Below, in pieces: positions 9,648 through 19,985 of a stretch of 64,000 bases of DNA. The stretch spans positions 480,001 through 544,000 of the forward strand of contig CAWAMW010000002.1 in the NCBI GenBank assembly GCA_963783305.1. The letters run 5' to 3'. Both the position numbers and the translations under genes were made by a program. Numbering within the stretch: position 1 is the stretch's first letter; every line of letters begins with the position of its first letter. The notes beneath the pieces were generated by a model, which made no database searches, had not been told where the DNA came from, and saw nothing but the letters and a program-made list of their open reading frames with translations. The DNA comes from an uncultured Gemmatimonadales bacterium (lineage in GTDB: Bacteria > Gemmatimonadota > Gemmatimonadetes > Longimicrobiales > RSA9).

Positions 9648-11372
9648 ATGACCCAGGGGACCGTGGTGAACCGCGCGGGGCTGCTTCTGATCGCGGCGCT
9701 GATCTTCGCGACCTCGGTGTCGGCGCCCGTCGTGGGCCAGGAGATCTTTCCCGCCGATGACGACCTCCAGCTCATGCTGGACTACCTGGTCGCGGATGGC
9801 GCGACGCCGGCGATCGTCCTGGGGATCGTGGATGGCCACGGCGCCACCCGGGTGCTCGGGGCGGGCAGCGGCGGGTCGAGGTCCGAGGGCGCGCGGACCG
9901 TGTTCGAGGTGGGCTCCATCAACAAGACGTTCACGGGCACGTTGCTGGCGCTGGCGGTCCGGCGCGGGGAAGTGGCGCTGGACGACCCGGTGGCGGACTA
10001 CCTGCCGGACTCCGTCACGGTCCCGCGCCAGGGCGACCGGGAGATCACGCTCCTCGACCTGGCGACCCACCGCTCGGGGCTGCCCGGGCTGCCGACGAAC
10101 TACCTCCCGGGCGATCTGGGCGACCCGTACGCCGCCTACACGCTCGATGTCCTGTACGACTTCCTCTCGAGCTACGAGCTGACCCGGGAGCCGGGCACGC
10201 ATACCGAGTACTCGAACCTGGGCTTCGGCCTCCTTGGCCACGCCCTCGCCCGTGCGGCGGGAACCACGTACACGGCGCTGCTGCGGGAGCGGATCCTGGA
10301 CCCGCTCGAGATGAACGACACCGGGTACGAGCAGGGTGCCGAAGCGGTGGAGCGCACGGCCGTGCCGCACAGTCGGGGCGAGGAGGTCCCGCTGTGGACG
10401 GGCACGGAAGCGATCCGGGGCGCGGGTGGCCTCCGGTCGACCATGGCGGACATGCTGAGGTACCTCGAGGCCAACCTCGGGCCGCCGGAGTCCGAGCTCG
10501 AGAGGGCGATGCGGGACGCCCACGAGACTCGGGCCCCGTTCGACGTCCAGGGAGTGGACGCCACACGGATCGGCCTGGCCTGGCAGAAGATCCCGCTGGA
10601 CTCCTCGGGCGATCGGGTGATCATCACCCATGGCGGGAACACGGCCGGCTCGTCGGCCCGGATCGCCTTCGACCCGGAGCGCGGCGTGGGGTTCGTCCGG
10701 CTCACCAACGTGGGCGCGTTCCCGGACGACATCGGCCTCTACCTGCTCCGCACCGGCCCACCGATCGACGACCCGGTGGTCGACGTGCCGGTGGAGGCGC
10801 TCCGTCGCTACGTCGGCGCGTACCGGTTCGCCCCGGGGGCGAACCTCTACATCCGCCTCGACGACCGCGGCGGCTGGCTGACCTCCCAGCTCGGCCGCAC
10901 CGTCGAATTTCGGCTATACCCGGACTCCGACACCTCCGCCTACCTCCGCCGGATCCACGCCCGGTTCGCCTTCCGCGTCGATGACGCCGGGGAAGTCGAG
11001 GCCGCGGTCCTGAACCCGGGTCCGCGGGAGCGTGTGCTGCCGAAGGTCGCGGACGAAACGCCTTCGCCCCGGTTCCCGACGCCGGAGATCCTGGACCGGC
11101 CGCTCACCAGGGAGGAGGTCGCCCGATACGCAGGGACGTACGACCTCGGAGGCGCCGCCCGTACGGTCGAGGTCCGAGTGCGCGGCGAGGGCGGACAGCT
11201 GGTCGCGGAGCTCGGGAACGGTGCCTTCGCACGGCTCCGGTACCAGGGCGACCACACCTTCATCCCGTTCCGGGACCCGGCCAGCCGCGTCACCTTCGAG
11301 GTGTCGGATGGTCGGGCCGTAGCGCTGACGATGGACCTCCACGGGTCCGCCCTGACCGGGCGGCGACGATAG
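9648..11372 (+). CDS. Secreted serine hydrolase (beta-lactamase class C/AmpH-like) with C-terminal accessory domains
   Basis: FEVGSINK (SxxK), EYSN (YxN), THGG; signal peptide. Confidence 0.9.
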   Translation: MTQGTVVNRAGLLLIAALIFATSVSAPVVGQEIFPADDDLQLMLDYLVADGATPAIVLGIVDGHGATRVLGAGSGGSRSEGARTVFEVGSINKTFTGTLLALAVRRGEVALDDPVADYLPDSVTVPRQGDREITLLDLATHRSGLPGLPTNYLPGDLGDPYAAYTLDVLYDFLSSYELTREPGTHTEYSNLGFGLLGHALARAAGTTYTALLRERILDPLEMNDTGYEQGAEAVERTAVPHSRGEEVPLWTGTEAIRGAGGLRSTMADMLRYLEANLGPPESELERAMRDAHETRAPFDVQGVDATRIGLAWQKIPLDSSGDRVIITHGGNTAGSSARIAFDPERGVGFVRLTNVGAFPDDIGLYLLRTGPPIDDPVVDVPVEALRRYVGAYRFAPGANLYIRLDDRGGWLTSQLGRTVEFRLYPDSDTSAYLRRIHARFAFRVDDAGEVEAAVLNPGPRERVLPKVADETPSPRFPTPEILDRPLTREEVARYAGTYDLGGAARTVEVRVRGEGGQLVAELGNGAFARLRYQGDHTFIPFRDPASRVTFEVSDGRAVALTMDLHGSALTGRRR

Positions 11373-11424
11373 CCGTCCCCGGACCGCAGGGGGTACCCTC
11401 GCTGGGCACGACCCCGGGCATCGA

Positions 11425-12579
11425 TCAGCCGGCGGGCGTGCTGTCCTCGCTGAGAGAATAGCCATCGCTCAGCTCCACGAGCGGAGCGGACCGCACCACG
11501 CTCTCGAAGACGGCCTTGAGCACGCCGATCAGGATGGGGCCGATGATGATGCCGACCAGACCGAAGGTGTAGACCCCGGTGATCAGGGCGAGGAACATCC
11601 AGTAGAAGTTGAGCATCCCCGCCTTGGCGGCGGCGATCTTCGGGCGCAGGTAGAGGGAGATGAACACCGTGTTCGCGAGTAACCCGACGAGGAACACGGT
11701 GATGCCGCCGGCCACGGTGTCGCGGAACACCATGAGGTAGATGGCCACGGGGACGTACACGGACCAGGACCCCACGATGGGGAGGAATCCGATGAAGAAG
11801 GAGGCGATGGCCAGGACCACCGCCAGGGGCACGTCCCAAATGAGGTTCAGGGCGAGGACGATCAACGCCTTGATGATCTGGGTGAGGAAGGTGGCGTACA
11901 GGGCGCCGTATGCGACCTGGCGGACGCTGTCGGAAACGCGCTTTCCGAGGGGTCGGTAGCGGCCGGGGATCTTGCTCCGGATGTAGTCTACGATCCGCTC
12001 GTGGTCGGTGAGGATGTAGAAGAGGGTGAAGAGGAAGACGGCGATGGAGAGGACGAGGATGTCCAGCGTCGCCTGGAGCGCCTCGACGATGCTGGTGCTC
12101 TGGCTCGCTGCTTCCGACACCCAGCGAGACAGGTCCTCCCGGACCTCGAGGTCCTCCGCGAAGGGAAGCCGCTGGACCGCCCTGGTGATCTCGGCCGCCA
12201 CCGCTTCCCGGTTCTCGTTCAGGTACTCCGCCGTGCTGGAAATCTCCACCCAGCTGTAGACGGTGATGACGAGGATCGGAACGATGACGGACACCATGAC
12301 GAGGATCGCCGTCAACGTCCGGTTGCCCAGGTGGCGCTCCGTCCAGAGGTGGAACGGCAGGAGGTAGATGGCCAGGACCACGCCCACGATGACGGCCACG
12401 AGCACGTCGTGGACCATGTACAGGAAGAGCCCCAGGATCGCGGTCAGCAGCGCTCCGGTCAGCAGCGCCTTTCGCACTTCGGGGATGGTGTAGTCGGCCA
12501 GGCGCACGAACTCGGCGCGGCGATCGTCCCGGCGGCGGTCGGAATCCGGGTCCTGCGTCTCGCTATCCCCTTCCGTCAC
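11425..12579 (-). CDS. AI-2E family transporter
   Basis: Typical hydrophobic pattern; FLPIVGS, LRPKI, FGLVGIIIGPIL. Confidence 0.85.
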   Translation of the reverse strand: MTEGDSETQDPDSDRRRDDRRAEFVRLADYTIPEVRKALLTGALLTAILGLFLYMVHDVLVAVIVGVVLAIYLLPFHLWTERHLGNRTLTAILVMVSVIVPILVITVYSWVEISSTAEYLNENREAVAAEITRAVQRLPFAEDLEVREDLSRWVSEAASQSTSIVEALQATLDILVLSIAVFLFTLFYILTDHERIVDYIRSKIPGRYRPLGKRVSDSVRQVAYGALYATFLTQIIKALIVLALNLIWDVPLAVVLAIASFFIGFLPIVGSWSVYVPVAIYLMVFRDTVAGGITVFLVGLLANTVFISLYLRPKIAAAKAGMLNFYWMFLALITGVYTFGLVGIIIGPILIGVLKAVFESVVRSAPLVELSDGYSLSEDSTPAG

Positions 12580-12681
12580 GACGCGACCTCCGCTCCCTCG
12601 AGCAGCATGGGTGGATCTGGGGTTGTCGCAGCGCGTGGTGCATGACGTGTTCCGCCCCGGTGGGGGGTGGTGGCGGAAGCC

Positions 12682-14133
12682 TCACTCGGGCAGCGAGTCC
12701 GCCATGGCGGCCTGGTAGAGCAGCCCCGCGAGGAAGGCGGCGGAACGGCGCAGGTCGTCGGGCGAGACGCGCTCGTAGAAATCGGCGTTCGTATGGTGGG
12801 TCCGGACGTCGTAGTCGCGGTAGTCCTGGATCGTGCTGAACGCGGGCACACCAGCCCTCTCGAAGCTGATGTGATCGCTGCTGCCGATCCGCCCCCGGGC
12901 GTTGCGCCGCGCGCCCGCCGGCCGGAGCCCCGCGACCCACCGGTCCAGGGCTGGGCGCCACGCCTCGTTCTCCTGGAGGTACAGTCCGTACGTGGCGCCA
13001 CCGCCAATGTCCTGATTCACGTAGAAGACGACGTCGTCCGATCCCTTCTCAATGTGCCGCTCGACCCACGCCAGCGAGCCGTGCAGCCCCTGCTCCTCCC
13101 CGCCCCACAGCCCGATACGGATCGTGCGCCGGGGCTGGACGCCCGCCGATTGCAGCAGGCGCAGCGCCTCCATCACCGTCGCGACGCCATCGGCGTTGTC
13201 GGTGGCGCCGGTGGAGGAGTGCCAGGAGTCCAGGTGCGCGCCCGCCATGACCACCTGGTGGGCCACGGCCGGATCGGTGCCCGGGATCTCGGCGATGACG
13301 TTCGGGATGTCGGGGTCGTCGTCGTGGAACCGGACATCGACGGCGACCCGGAGCCGGACCTCCACTCCGTGCTCCAGCAGCCGGACGATGCGGTTGTAGT
13401 GCTCGCCGGCGAGGACGACGGACGTGGCCGCGTCCCGGGGCGTTCCGGCGTCGCCGAGTACGAAGAGGGTGCCGTGGGCGCCCTGGTCCGGGCGGAAGTA
13501 TGCCCCCACCCCCAGCTCGCGCATCAACGACGGCACCGCCCGCCGGGGCAGCGCGTCCTCGCCGCGGATGAAGCGCGGGGCGCCGTGCTCGACGGGGCTG
13601 TCCTGCGCCGTCGGCTGGGGCCGGTCGTCCGTGATGAAGGAGGGCTGGGGCGCGTAGGGCAGGACCAGAGCGCCGCGTAGCTCGTCGCCCATGGCCCGTA
13701 CCTCCGCCTCGGTGCGGTCGCCCAGGTAGATGGCGGGGCCCTGCAGCACTCCGTTCGTTCCGGGCGACCACGCCTCCGGAAAGCCCGTGAGCGGGAAGTA
13801 CCCGGGCTCGGTCATCTCCAGCGTGAGGCCTTCCAGCGTCCAGCCGGGCCCGAACTCGAACTCCTCGGTGCGGGCTTCGATCCCCCACCCGCGGAGCCGG
13901 TCGTCCACGTACGCGGCGGCGGCTTCGTAAGCGGGCGTGCCACTGAGGCGGGGTCCGTAGACGTCCGTGAGGACCCGATAGGTCTCCACGACCTCGTCGC
14001 TGGCCAGCCCAGCCCGGAGGACGCGGTCGAGGACTGGATCGCCGGACTGGGCACTCGCAGGGGCGGGAGCCAGAACCGCCAGGCCGACGAGCAGGAGAGA
14101 GAGGGCCACTGGAGGGTTGAGCGGCTGTCGCAT
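12682..14133 (-). CDS. Secreted M28 family metallopeptidase (carboxypeptidase Q-like)
   Basis: GPRLSGT, GAHLDSW..GATDNADG, WGGEEQGL, SDH, THHTNAD. Confidence 0.9.
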   Translation of the reverse strand: MRQPLNPPVALSLLLVGLAVLAPAPASAQSGDPVLDRVLRAGLASDEVVETYRVLTDVYGPRLSGTPAYEAAAAYVDDRLRGWGIEARTEEFEFGPGWTLEGLTLEMTEPGYFPLTGFPEAWSPGTNGVLQGPAIYLGDRTEAEVRAMGDELRGALVLPYAPQPSFITDDRPQPTAQDSPVEHGAPRFIRGEDALPRRAVPSLMRELGVGAYFRPDQGAHGTLFVLGDAGTPRDAATSVVLAGEHYNRIVRLLEHGVEVRLRVAVDVRFHDDDPDIPNVIAEIPGTDPAVAHQVVMAGAHLDSWHSSTGATDNADGVATVMEALRLLQSAGVQPRRTIRIGLWGGEEQGLHGSLAWVERHIEKGSDDVVFYVNQDIGGGATYGLYLQENEAWRPALDRWVAGLRPAGARRNARGRIGSSDHISFERAGVPAFSTIQDYRDYDVRTHHTNADFYERVSPDDLRRSAAFLAGLLYQAAMADSLPE

Positions 14134-14347
14134 GATGGAAGATCTCGGTCGGGTGGGCGTTCCGGATGCCATAGCAATGTGCCCGATCGCGACGAGCCCG
14201 CGCAAACCGGGCCCGCTCATCGGTCTCGACGCCCGGCGCCGTGCGTTCGCGCCCGTCCCGCGCTGGCCGGGATAACGAAACGCGGACGTGGAGGAGGAGC
14301 CGGAGGAAGCGGGCTCCCCAGGTGCCATGACCGCCGACGGCCGCCCT

Positions 14348-14908
14348 TTATGGCTCCGGCCTCGCCCCCACCGCCGCTACCTCCCTCTCGACATTGGGAA
14401 GTAAAAGGTCTTCGAGGAAGTAGGCGGCCAGCTCGGCGCGGCTGCCGAGCCCGGCTTTGTGGTACACGGCCGTGGCGTGCTGGCGGGCGGTTCGCTCGCT
14501 GCGGTCGGTGGCGGTCGCCACGTGCTTGTGGCTGTAGCCCTTGAGGAGGAGCAGGGCGACCTCCCGCTCGGCGGGGGTGAGCTGCCAGGCTCGGAACTGG
14601 GCGTCGACGGCCGCGCCGAGCCCTTCCAGCGCCTTCCGGGCGTTCTCCTGCCATTCGTCACGCTCGGCCTTCCGCGCCTCCAGCCGCTCCCGCATGTCCT
14701 CCAGGGAGGCTTCGGCCTTCCACCACCCCAGCCAGAGCGTGGTGGCCATGAGCAGCGCGCCGGAAAGCATGAGCAGCTCGAAGATCACGTGGAAGGAGAT
14801 CCAGCTCTGCGGCTGATCGAGGATGAGGTCGACCGAGCCGCCGACCACGATCGAGCCGAGGGCAAGCGCGAGAAGCAAGGGAAGCCGTGGATCGCGCCCC
14901 ACGTCCAT
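14348..14908 (-). CDS. Membrane-anchored LuxR-type HTH regulator
   Basis: Two TM helices, a coiled coil, then WQLTPAEREVALLLLKGYSHK..A....SERTARQHA..VY.K; paralog at 63400..63954. Confidence 0.9.
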   Translation of the reverse strand: MDVGRDPRLPLLLALALGSIVVGGSVDLILDQPQSWISFHVIFELLMLSGALLMATTLWLGWWKAEASLEDMRERLEARKAERDEWQENARKALEGLGAAVDAQFRAWQLTPAEREVALLLLKGYSHKHVATATDRSERTARQHATAVYHKAGLGSRAELAAYFLEDLLLPNVEREVAAVGARPEP

Positions 14909-15028
14909 GGTGATGCCTCCGTCATTCGTTGGATACGGCGCCCGCCGCCCGGCTTCGAGTCGGATGACGGATTCGGCCGCGGCGCAGCCGGGATCAACTT
15001 AGGGTCGAACCCTAGCGGAGTATACCCA

Positions 15029-15646
15029 ATGCTGCCTGATCCGCTCCATCCTGCCGTCGTTCACTTCCCCCTCGTGCTGGTGTTCCTGCTGCCGCTGTTC
15101 GCCCTGGGCGCGGGCTGGGCGATCCGCCGCGGCGCCGCCGTCCGATGGACGTGGGCAATCCCACTCCTCATGGCGGCCGGGCTCGCTGGAAGCGCGTATG
15201 TCGCGCTCCGGACCGGGGGGGCCGAGGAAGAGCGGGTGGAGGGGGTCGTTTCCGAATCCGTACTCCACGAACACGAAGAGGCGGCGGAGCGCTTCCTCGT
15301 GTTGAGTGGGGTGCTGCTCCTCGTGGCCGCCGCCGGCCTGGCACCGGGCAACCTCGGCCAGGCCGCGCGCCTGCTCACGGTCGTGGGCTCTCTGGGCGTC
15401 GCAGTGGCCGGCGTCCAGGTCGGCGCGGCCGGAGGCGAGCTCGTGTACCGGCACAACGCGGCAGGGTCGCGTCAAAACCGCGTCACGAGGCCCATCGCGA
15501 GGCGTCCGTGCGCCGCCGGTGCGATGAACGGCCGGAGCTCCACCGAGCCATACGCCTGCCTCCCCTCGCTGACCATGCTGCGGCCCACCAGCGTGCCGAT
15601 CACCGCCCCTCCCACCACGTCCGACAGGAAGTGGGCGTCATGGTAG
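15029..15646 (+). CDS. DUF2231-like membrane protein; C-terminus probably disrupted after ~15462
   Basis: PLHPAVVHFP...HEHEEAA...GGELVYRH; the tail overlaps the convergent PAP2 gene by 175 bp. Confidence 0.7.
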   Translation: MLPDPLHPAVVHFPLVLVFLLPLFALGAGWAIRRGAAVRWTWAIPLLMAAGLAGSAYVALRTGGAEEERVEGVVSESVLHEHEEAAERFLVLSGVLLLVAAAGLAPGNLGQAARLLTVVGSLGVAVAGVQVGAAGGELVYRHNAAGSRQNRVTRPIARRPCAAGAMNGRSSTEPYACLPSLTMLRPTSVPITAPPTTSDRKWASW

Positions 15647-16356
15647 ATCCGGGCGAGCCCCACTCCTCCGGCGAGGCCGTACGCCACGATCCTGACCGGC
15701 CGGGACGACGATTCCGCCGCGATCACGGAGGCCACCGCGAACGCCTGTGTAGCGTGGCCCGAGGGAAACGAGACGGAACCCGAGAACGGTTCGAACTCGT
15801 ACGGCCCCTCCCGCTGCCGCGGTCGTGAGCGCCCCGCCGCCGCCTTCAGTAGCGGCGTCACGATCCCGCCGGCCACGAAGCTCGCGGAAACCGCCTCCAC
15901 GGCGGTCCGGCGCAGCGAGGGTTGCCGAGCGATGATGCCGCCAACGTAGAGGCTGGCGACGACCGCGAACGAGCCTTTATCGCCGAGCGGCTCGATGAGC
16001 GAGAGGATGCGGTCCGCGGCCCCGTTCTGTATGGGGTCCTCGACTTCCTCCACGTCCTCATCCGCCACGATCAGCGCCACGAGCCCGCCCGTCACAGCCA
16101 GCCCGCTCAGCCACTGGCTCTGCTCCCACCGGACCGGTGCGGTCAGTCCATGGGCCAGTTCGTGTGCCCCGAAGCGGAGGTCTTCGAGGAGGAAGAACGG
16201 AGCGTCCGGCTCGGAATGGGCGCTCACCCAGGGCTGCGCGGCCGCCCGCTCGGGCGTCTGCGCGGAAATCGGTGTGGCGGAGAGGAGGAGAGCGGCGGCG
16301 AGCGCGGCCACCCGATTCGCCCGCGCAGTCACGCTCGATCGGTCGGCGGTGGGCAT
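15472..16356 (-). CDS. PAP2 family phosphatase
   Basis: K..AGRSRP, SFPSGHAT, ARIYHDAHFLSDV. Confidence 0.9.
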   Translation of the reverse strand: MPTADRSSVTARANRVAALAAALLLSATPISAQTPERAAAQPWVSAHSEPDAPFFLLEDLRFGAHELAHGLTAPVRWEQSQWLSGLAVTGGLVALIVADEDVEEVEDPIQNGAADRILSLIEPLGDKGSFAVVASLYVGGIIARQPSLRRTAVEAVSASFVAGGIVTPLLKAAAGRSRPRQREGPYEFEPFSGSVSFPSGHATQAFAVASVIAAESSSRPVRIVAYGLAGGVGLARIYHDAHFLSDVVGGAVIGTLVGRSMVSEGRQAYGSVELRPFIAPAAHGRLAMGLVTRF

Positions 16357-16357
16357 T

Positions 16358-17930
16358 CTATACCGGGGACTGGACGGGGGGCCGGGCGTCGCAGCGTGTT
16401 CCCCCGCGGTCCGCGGGCAGGACGTACGCGCTGCGGCCGTACCCCAGCGCCACGCGCTCGACCCGTTCCGGCGCGGCCGCGGCGCGGATGGACGACGCGT
16501 CCCCGTCCCCGGCCACGATCAACACCGGGTTGCGGGAGCGCCGCTGGTCGGCCGCGAGCTGCTCCAGCGTGGCGCTGGCCCACGGCTCCAGACCGCCTGA
16601 CGACACCCGCCTCAGCGACCCACCGAGGTAGAACTGGAGTCCGTAAAGCCGGGGCTCATCGAGGATCCACGGCTCGGCGCACGGGGGCGCGGCGGCTTCG
16701 ATGGCGCGGCTCAGACGACGCATGTCGTTGCCGTCGGGCACCCGGGCGAGCACGCCCTTGACCAGCACGATCGCCGCGGCCCCGGCGATGGCGGTGCGCA
16801 CGCCGACCCGCAGCGCGCGCGCCGTACCCGAGCGCCGGATGGCCAGGCGCGCGATGGCGATGGCGATGGCCGGATAAAGCGGCAGCAGGTAGAGCGGAAG
16901 CCGGCTCCGGGAGAGGGCGAACACTCCCAACGGGAGAGCGAGCCACAACGCCAGGAAGGCCCCCGGCCCCCGACCCCGGAGGAGCGTGTCGGCGACGCGT
17001 CGGAGCCCCGGCGCGGGCCGCCCCCCTCCCCTCCCGTCCACCCACCAGCTCCGGGCGCCGCGCCACGCCTGCCAGATCCACGGCCCGGGCGCGAGCAGGA
17101 GCACGGGGAGGTAGATCGCGACGGGGCCGTACCACTCCGGATTGCGGTTCGCGGTAGCGGTGACGTTCCGGGCCACCACCTCCTCCATCACGAAGTAGTG
17201 GAGCAGCCCATCGTGGCGGAGGCTCACCAGCACGTACCACCACAGACCCACGACTGCCGCCAGTCCGATGCCCGCGGCACTGGCCAGCGACGGGACTCCG
17301 CCGGCACCCTCCCCGGCGTTCGCCCGGCTCCGCAGCCGGACGTGGAACACCACGATGGGGAGGAGCGGCAGCAGTCCGGCGGGTCCCTTGACCAGGAACG
17401 CGGCGCCGAACGCGGCCCACATGGCGGCGACCCATGCCGCGCCGCGCCGGGTCGTGCCCGCTCGAATGGCGCGGGCCCAGCAGAGGACGGCCAGCGCCTC
17501 GACCAACGCCAGGGGCATGTCCGCCGAGATGGCCGCGGCGCCGGCCGCCGGCAGGAGCGAGGTGGCGTAGACCAGGCCCGCGAGCAGTCCGGTGCCAGGG
17601 TCGTAGAGGGCGCGCCCGATGAGGAGCACCACCGCCGCGGTGAGGATCAGCTCGATGGCGTGGGAGAGACGCGCGCCCCACGCGTTGTCGCCGAGCAGGG
17701 CGACGCCGGCGGCGATCCCCCAGTACGCCGCGGGCGGCTTGGTCCAGTGGGGGGTCTGGTCCAGCGTCGGCTCGAGGAAATCGCCGGATTCGACCATCTC
17801 CCGGGCCACCTCCGCGTACCGCCCCTCGGTGGTCTCGAAGAGTCCACGCGAGCCCTGGAAGCCAAACCCCACGGCCAGGCCCACCGCCGCGAGGATCGCG
17901 AGGCTACGTCGCGTTCGGATCGGCGGAGCG
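16358..17930 (-). CDS. arnT: ArnT-like GT-C (GT39/GT83) lipid-linked glycosyltransferase; start uncertain
   Basis: EGRYAEVAREM..SGD...P.L....HWTKPP..YW, FLVKGP, FALSRSRLPLYLLP. Confidence 0.85.
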
Positions 17931-18179
17931 CTCGCGGCCCAGGAGCTGGATGTTCCGGCCGTAGATGAGGAGGCCGACGGACTGACCGAGAATGAAGACG
18001 GGGTCACGGCGATGGATGGCATAGATGAGCAACATGGACGATCCGGCGATACTGAGGAGCCAGAAGAGCGGCGGGACCACGCTCCGCCCGACCCGCTCGC
18101 TGGCCAGCCACTGAACAATGAACCGGCCGGAGAACATCGCCTGGCCGAAGAGTCCGACCCAGAGCCACGCGGCGCTCAT
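17904..18179 (-). CDS. Lipid A biosynthesis N-terminal domain (LAB_N) protein
   Basis: GLFGQAMFSGRFIVQWLASE..GRSVVP..FW..S..G...L.YAI.R.DPVFILGQ. Confidence 0.9.
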   Translation of the reverse strand: MSAAWLWVGLFGQAMFSGRFIVQWLASERVGRSVVPPLFWLLSIAGSSMLLIYAIHRRDPVFILGQSVGLLIYGRNIQLLGRERSADPNAT

Positions 18180-19060
18180 CGGGGCTGGAGCGCTTTCCCC
18201 ACCAGCCCACGCGTGCGGGTGGCGGCGTCAGACGGCTCTCCGCCGGCGGGATCGTGGGACAGCGCGTCCGGAGTGTCCGCCGGACCCGGACTGGCGGCGA
18301 CCGCGCCCGGTCGCCCCACTCCAGTCGCGGGAACCAGCCGCCGTCGCATCCAGACGATGGCGAACGTGTCGAACAGGCCGACCCAGAGGCGGTTCTGGAT
18401 GCCGTACTTCGTCACGCCCCGGCGCCGCGCCCGGTGCCGAACCGGCACCTCGACCACATGGTCCCACCCGTTCATGCGGATCAGAGTGGGCAGGAACCTG
18501 TGCATGCCGGCGAACACCGGGATCCCGTCGAGCGCCTCACGGCGGATGAGGCGAATGGAGCACCCCACGTCTCGCACCGACTCCCCCGTGACGCGGTTGC
18601 GGAAGCCGTTCGCGATCCGGGACGAGAAGCGCCGGATGGTGTTGTCGGCTCGCTCGCGCCGCCACCCATTCACCACATGCGCGCCCGTACGCCGCTGCTC
18701 CTCGAGCAGGAGCGGGATGTCCGCGGGCACGTTCTGGCCGTCCCCGTCCATGGTGGATACCCACGTCCCCCGGGCGGAATCGAACCCCGCGGCGAGCGCG
18801 GCCGACTGGCCGCGCCCCTGCTCCAGGCGCAGGAACCGGTGATGGGGCCGCTCGCAGGCAAGCAGCTCCAGGACCCGCGGGGTATCGTCGCCCGACCCGT
18901 CATCCACCCACACGGCCTCCCAGCCGATGTCCGTCGCTGCCATGGCCGCGTCGATCTCTCGGGCGAGGCTCGGGATGCTCGCGGCCTCGTCCCGCACCGG
19001 GATGACGATGCTGAGCTCGAGGTCCGGGGACCCTCCGGTATCCAGCGCGTAAAATCGCAT
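18176..19060 (-). CDS. GT2 polyprenyl-phosphate glycosyltransferase (ArnC/DPM1-like)
   Basis: SIVIPVRDE, VDDGSGD, GQSAAL.AGF, MDGDGQN, HRFLP. Confidence 0.9.
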   Translation of the reverse strand: MRFYALDTGGSPDLELSIVIPVRDEAASIPSLAREIDAAMAATDIGWEAVWVDDGSGDDTPRVLELLACERPHHRFLRLEQGRGQSAALAAGFDSARGTWVSTMDGDGQNVPADIPLLLEEQRRTGAHVVNGWRRERADNTIRRFSSRIANGFRNRVTGESVRDVGCSIRLIRREALDGIPVFAGMHRFLPTLIRMNGWDHVVEVPVRHRARRRGVTKYGIQNRLWVGLFDTFAIVWMRRRLVPATGVGRPGAVAASPGPADTPDALSHDPAGGEPSDAATRTRGLVGKALQPR

Positions 19061-19196
19061 GACCGAATCTTAAACCCTTTCACTTACGATTCCATTAGGC
19101 CGCCCTCGTCGGCGCCGGGGAAAACGCACCGCGACCCGCGTTCCGCCCCTTTCCTCATGGTCCTCGACAGCGAGAATCCTCACTCCTTCGCCTCCA

Positions 19197-19985
19197 TCAG
19201 TGGCCGTTTACGTCCATGATGATCGACGACATCAGCACGCCGAGAGCCGCTCCCGCCACGACATCGCTCAGCCAGTGCTGGTCATCCACGACACGGGAAA
19301 AAGCGGTGATCCCGGCGGCGGTGAACAGCGCCACCGCGAGGACCTCCCCCTCGTCATCCCAGCCGTCTACCATCTCGATGCCCACGGCGTTCGCCAGCGC
19401 GAACGCCGTAGCGGCGTGGCCCGAAGGGAAAGATCGCAGTTCCCGGGCGCCAAAACCACGGGCGAACCCGAAATCATGGGGATCCGACGGCTCCGAGAAC
19501 GGCCGGCGCCGCCCGATCAATCGCTGCGCGATCCAGCGGGCCGCCACCCCGGACAGGACAGCCTCCTCCACGTGGAGCCCGGCGTCCCGGAGAGCATCGT
19601 CGCCGGTGACGGCGCCCGCCACCAGCGCCATGGCGCCGGCGCCGTAGGCGAGTCGGCCGCCGAGGGGACGGAAGATCCCGTCCAGCGACAGGATCAGCGG
19701 GATCTCCTGTCCACGGCTCTGCGCCCACTCACGCACCGCCCCGTCCACGGGGATCAGCAGGAGCGCGCCGCCCGCCAACACGCCAGTGAGGGTCCGGACA
19801 CCGTCGCGCCGGAGTTCCAGGGGACCCTCCGGACCGGAGAGCCCCGACAACGCGGCGGCGGGCGCCGGGAAGGGGTCGGACGGAATGAGCCGCCCCGCCG
19901 CGGTCTGTCCCGCGCTGGGAGCAGGAACCAGCACCGGGAGCAGGACGGCTCCCACAACAACGAGCTTCTCCATCATCTGGTTCAT
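19197..19985 (-). CDS. PAP2 family phosphatase (second copy)
   Basis: GRRRP, SFPSGHAA, SRVVDDQHWLSDV. Confidence 0.85.
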   Translation of the reverse strand: MNQMMEKLVVVGAVLLPVLVPAPSAGQTAAGRLIPSDPFPAPAAALSGLSGPEGPLELRRDGVRTLTGVLAGGALLLIPVDGAVREWAQSRGQEIPLILSLDGIFRPLGGRLAYGAGAMALVAGAVTGDDALRDAGLHVEEAVLSGVAARWIAQRLIGRRRPFSEPSDPHDFGFARGFGARELRSFPSGHAATAFALANAVGIEMVDGWDDEGEVLAVALFTAAGITAFSRVVDDQHWLSDVVAGAALGVLMSSIIMDVNGH

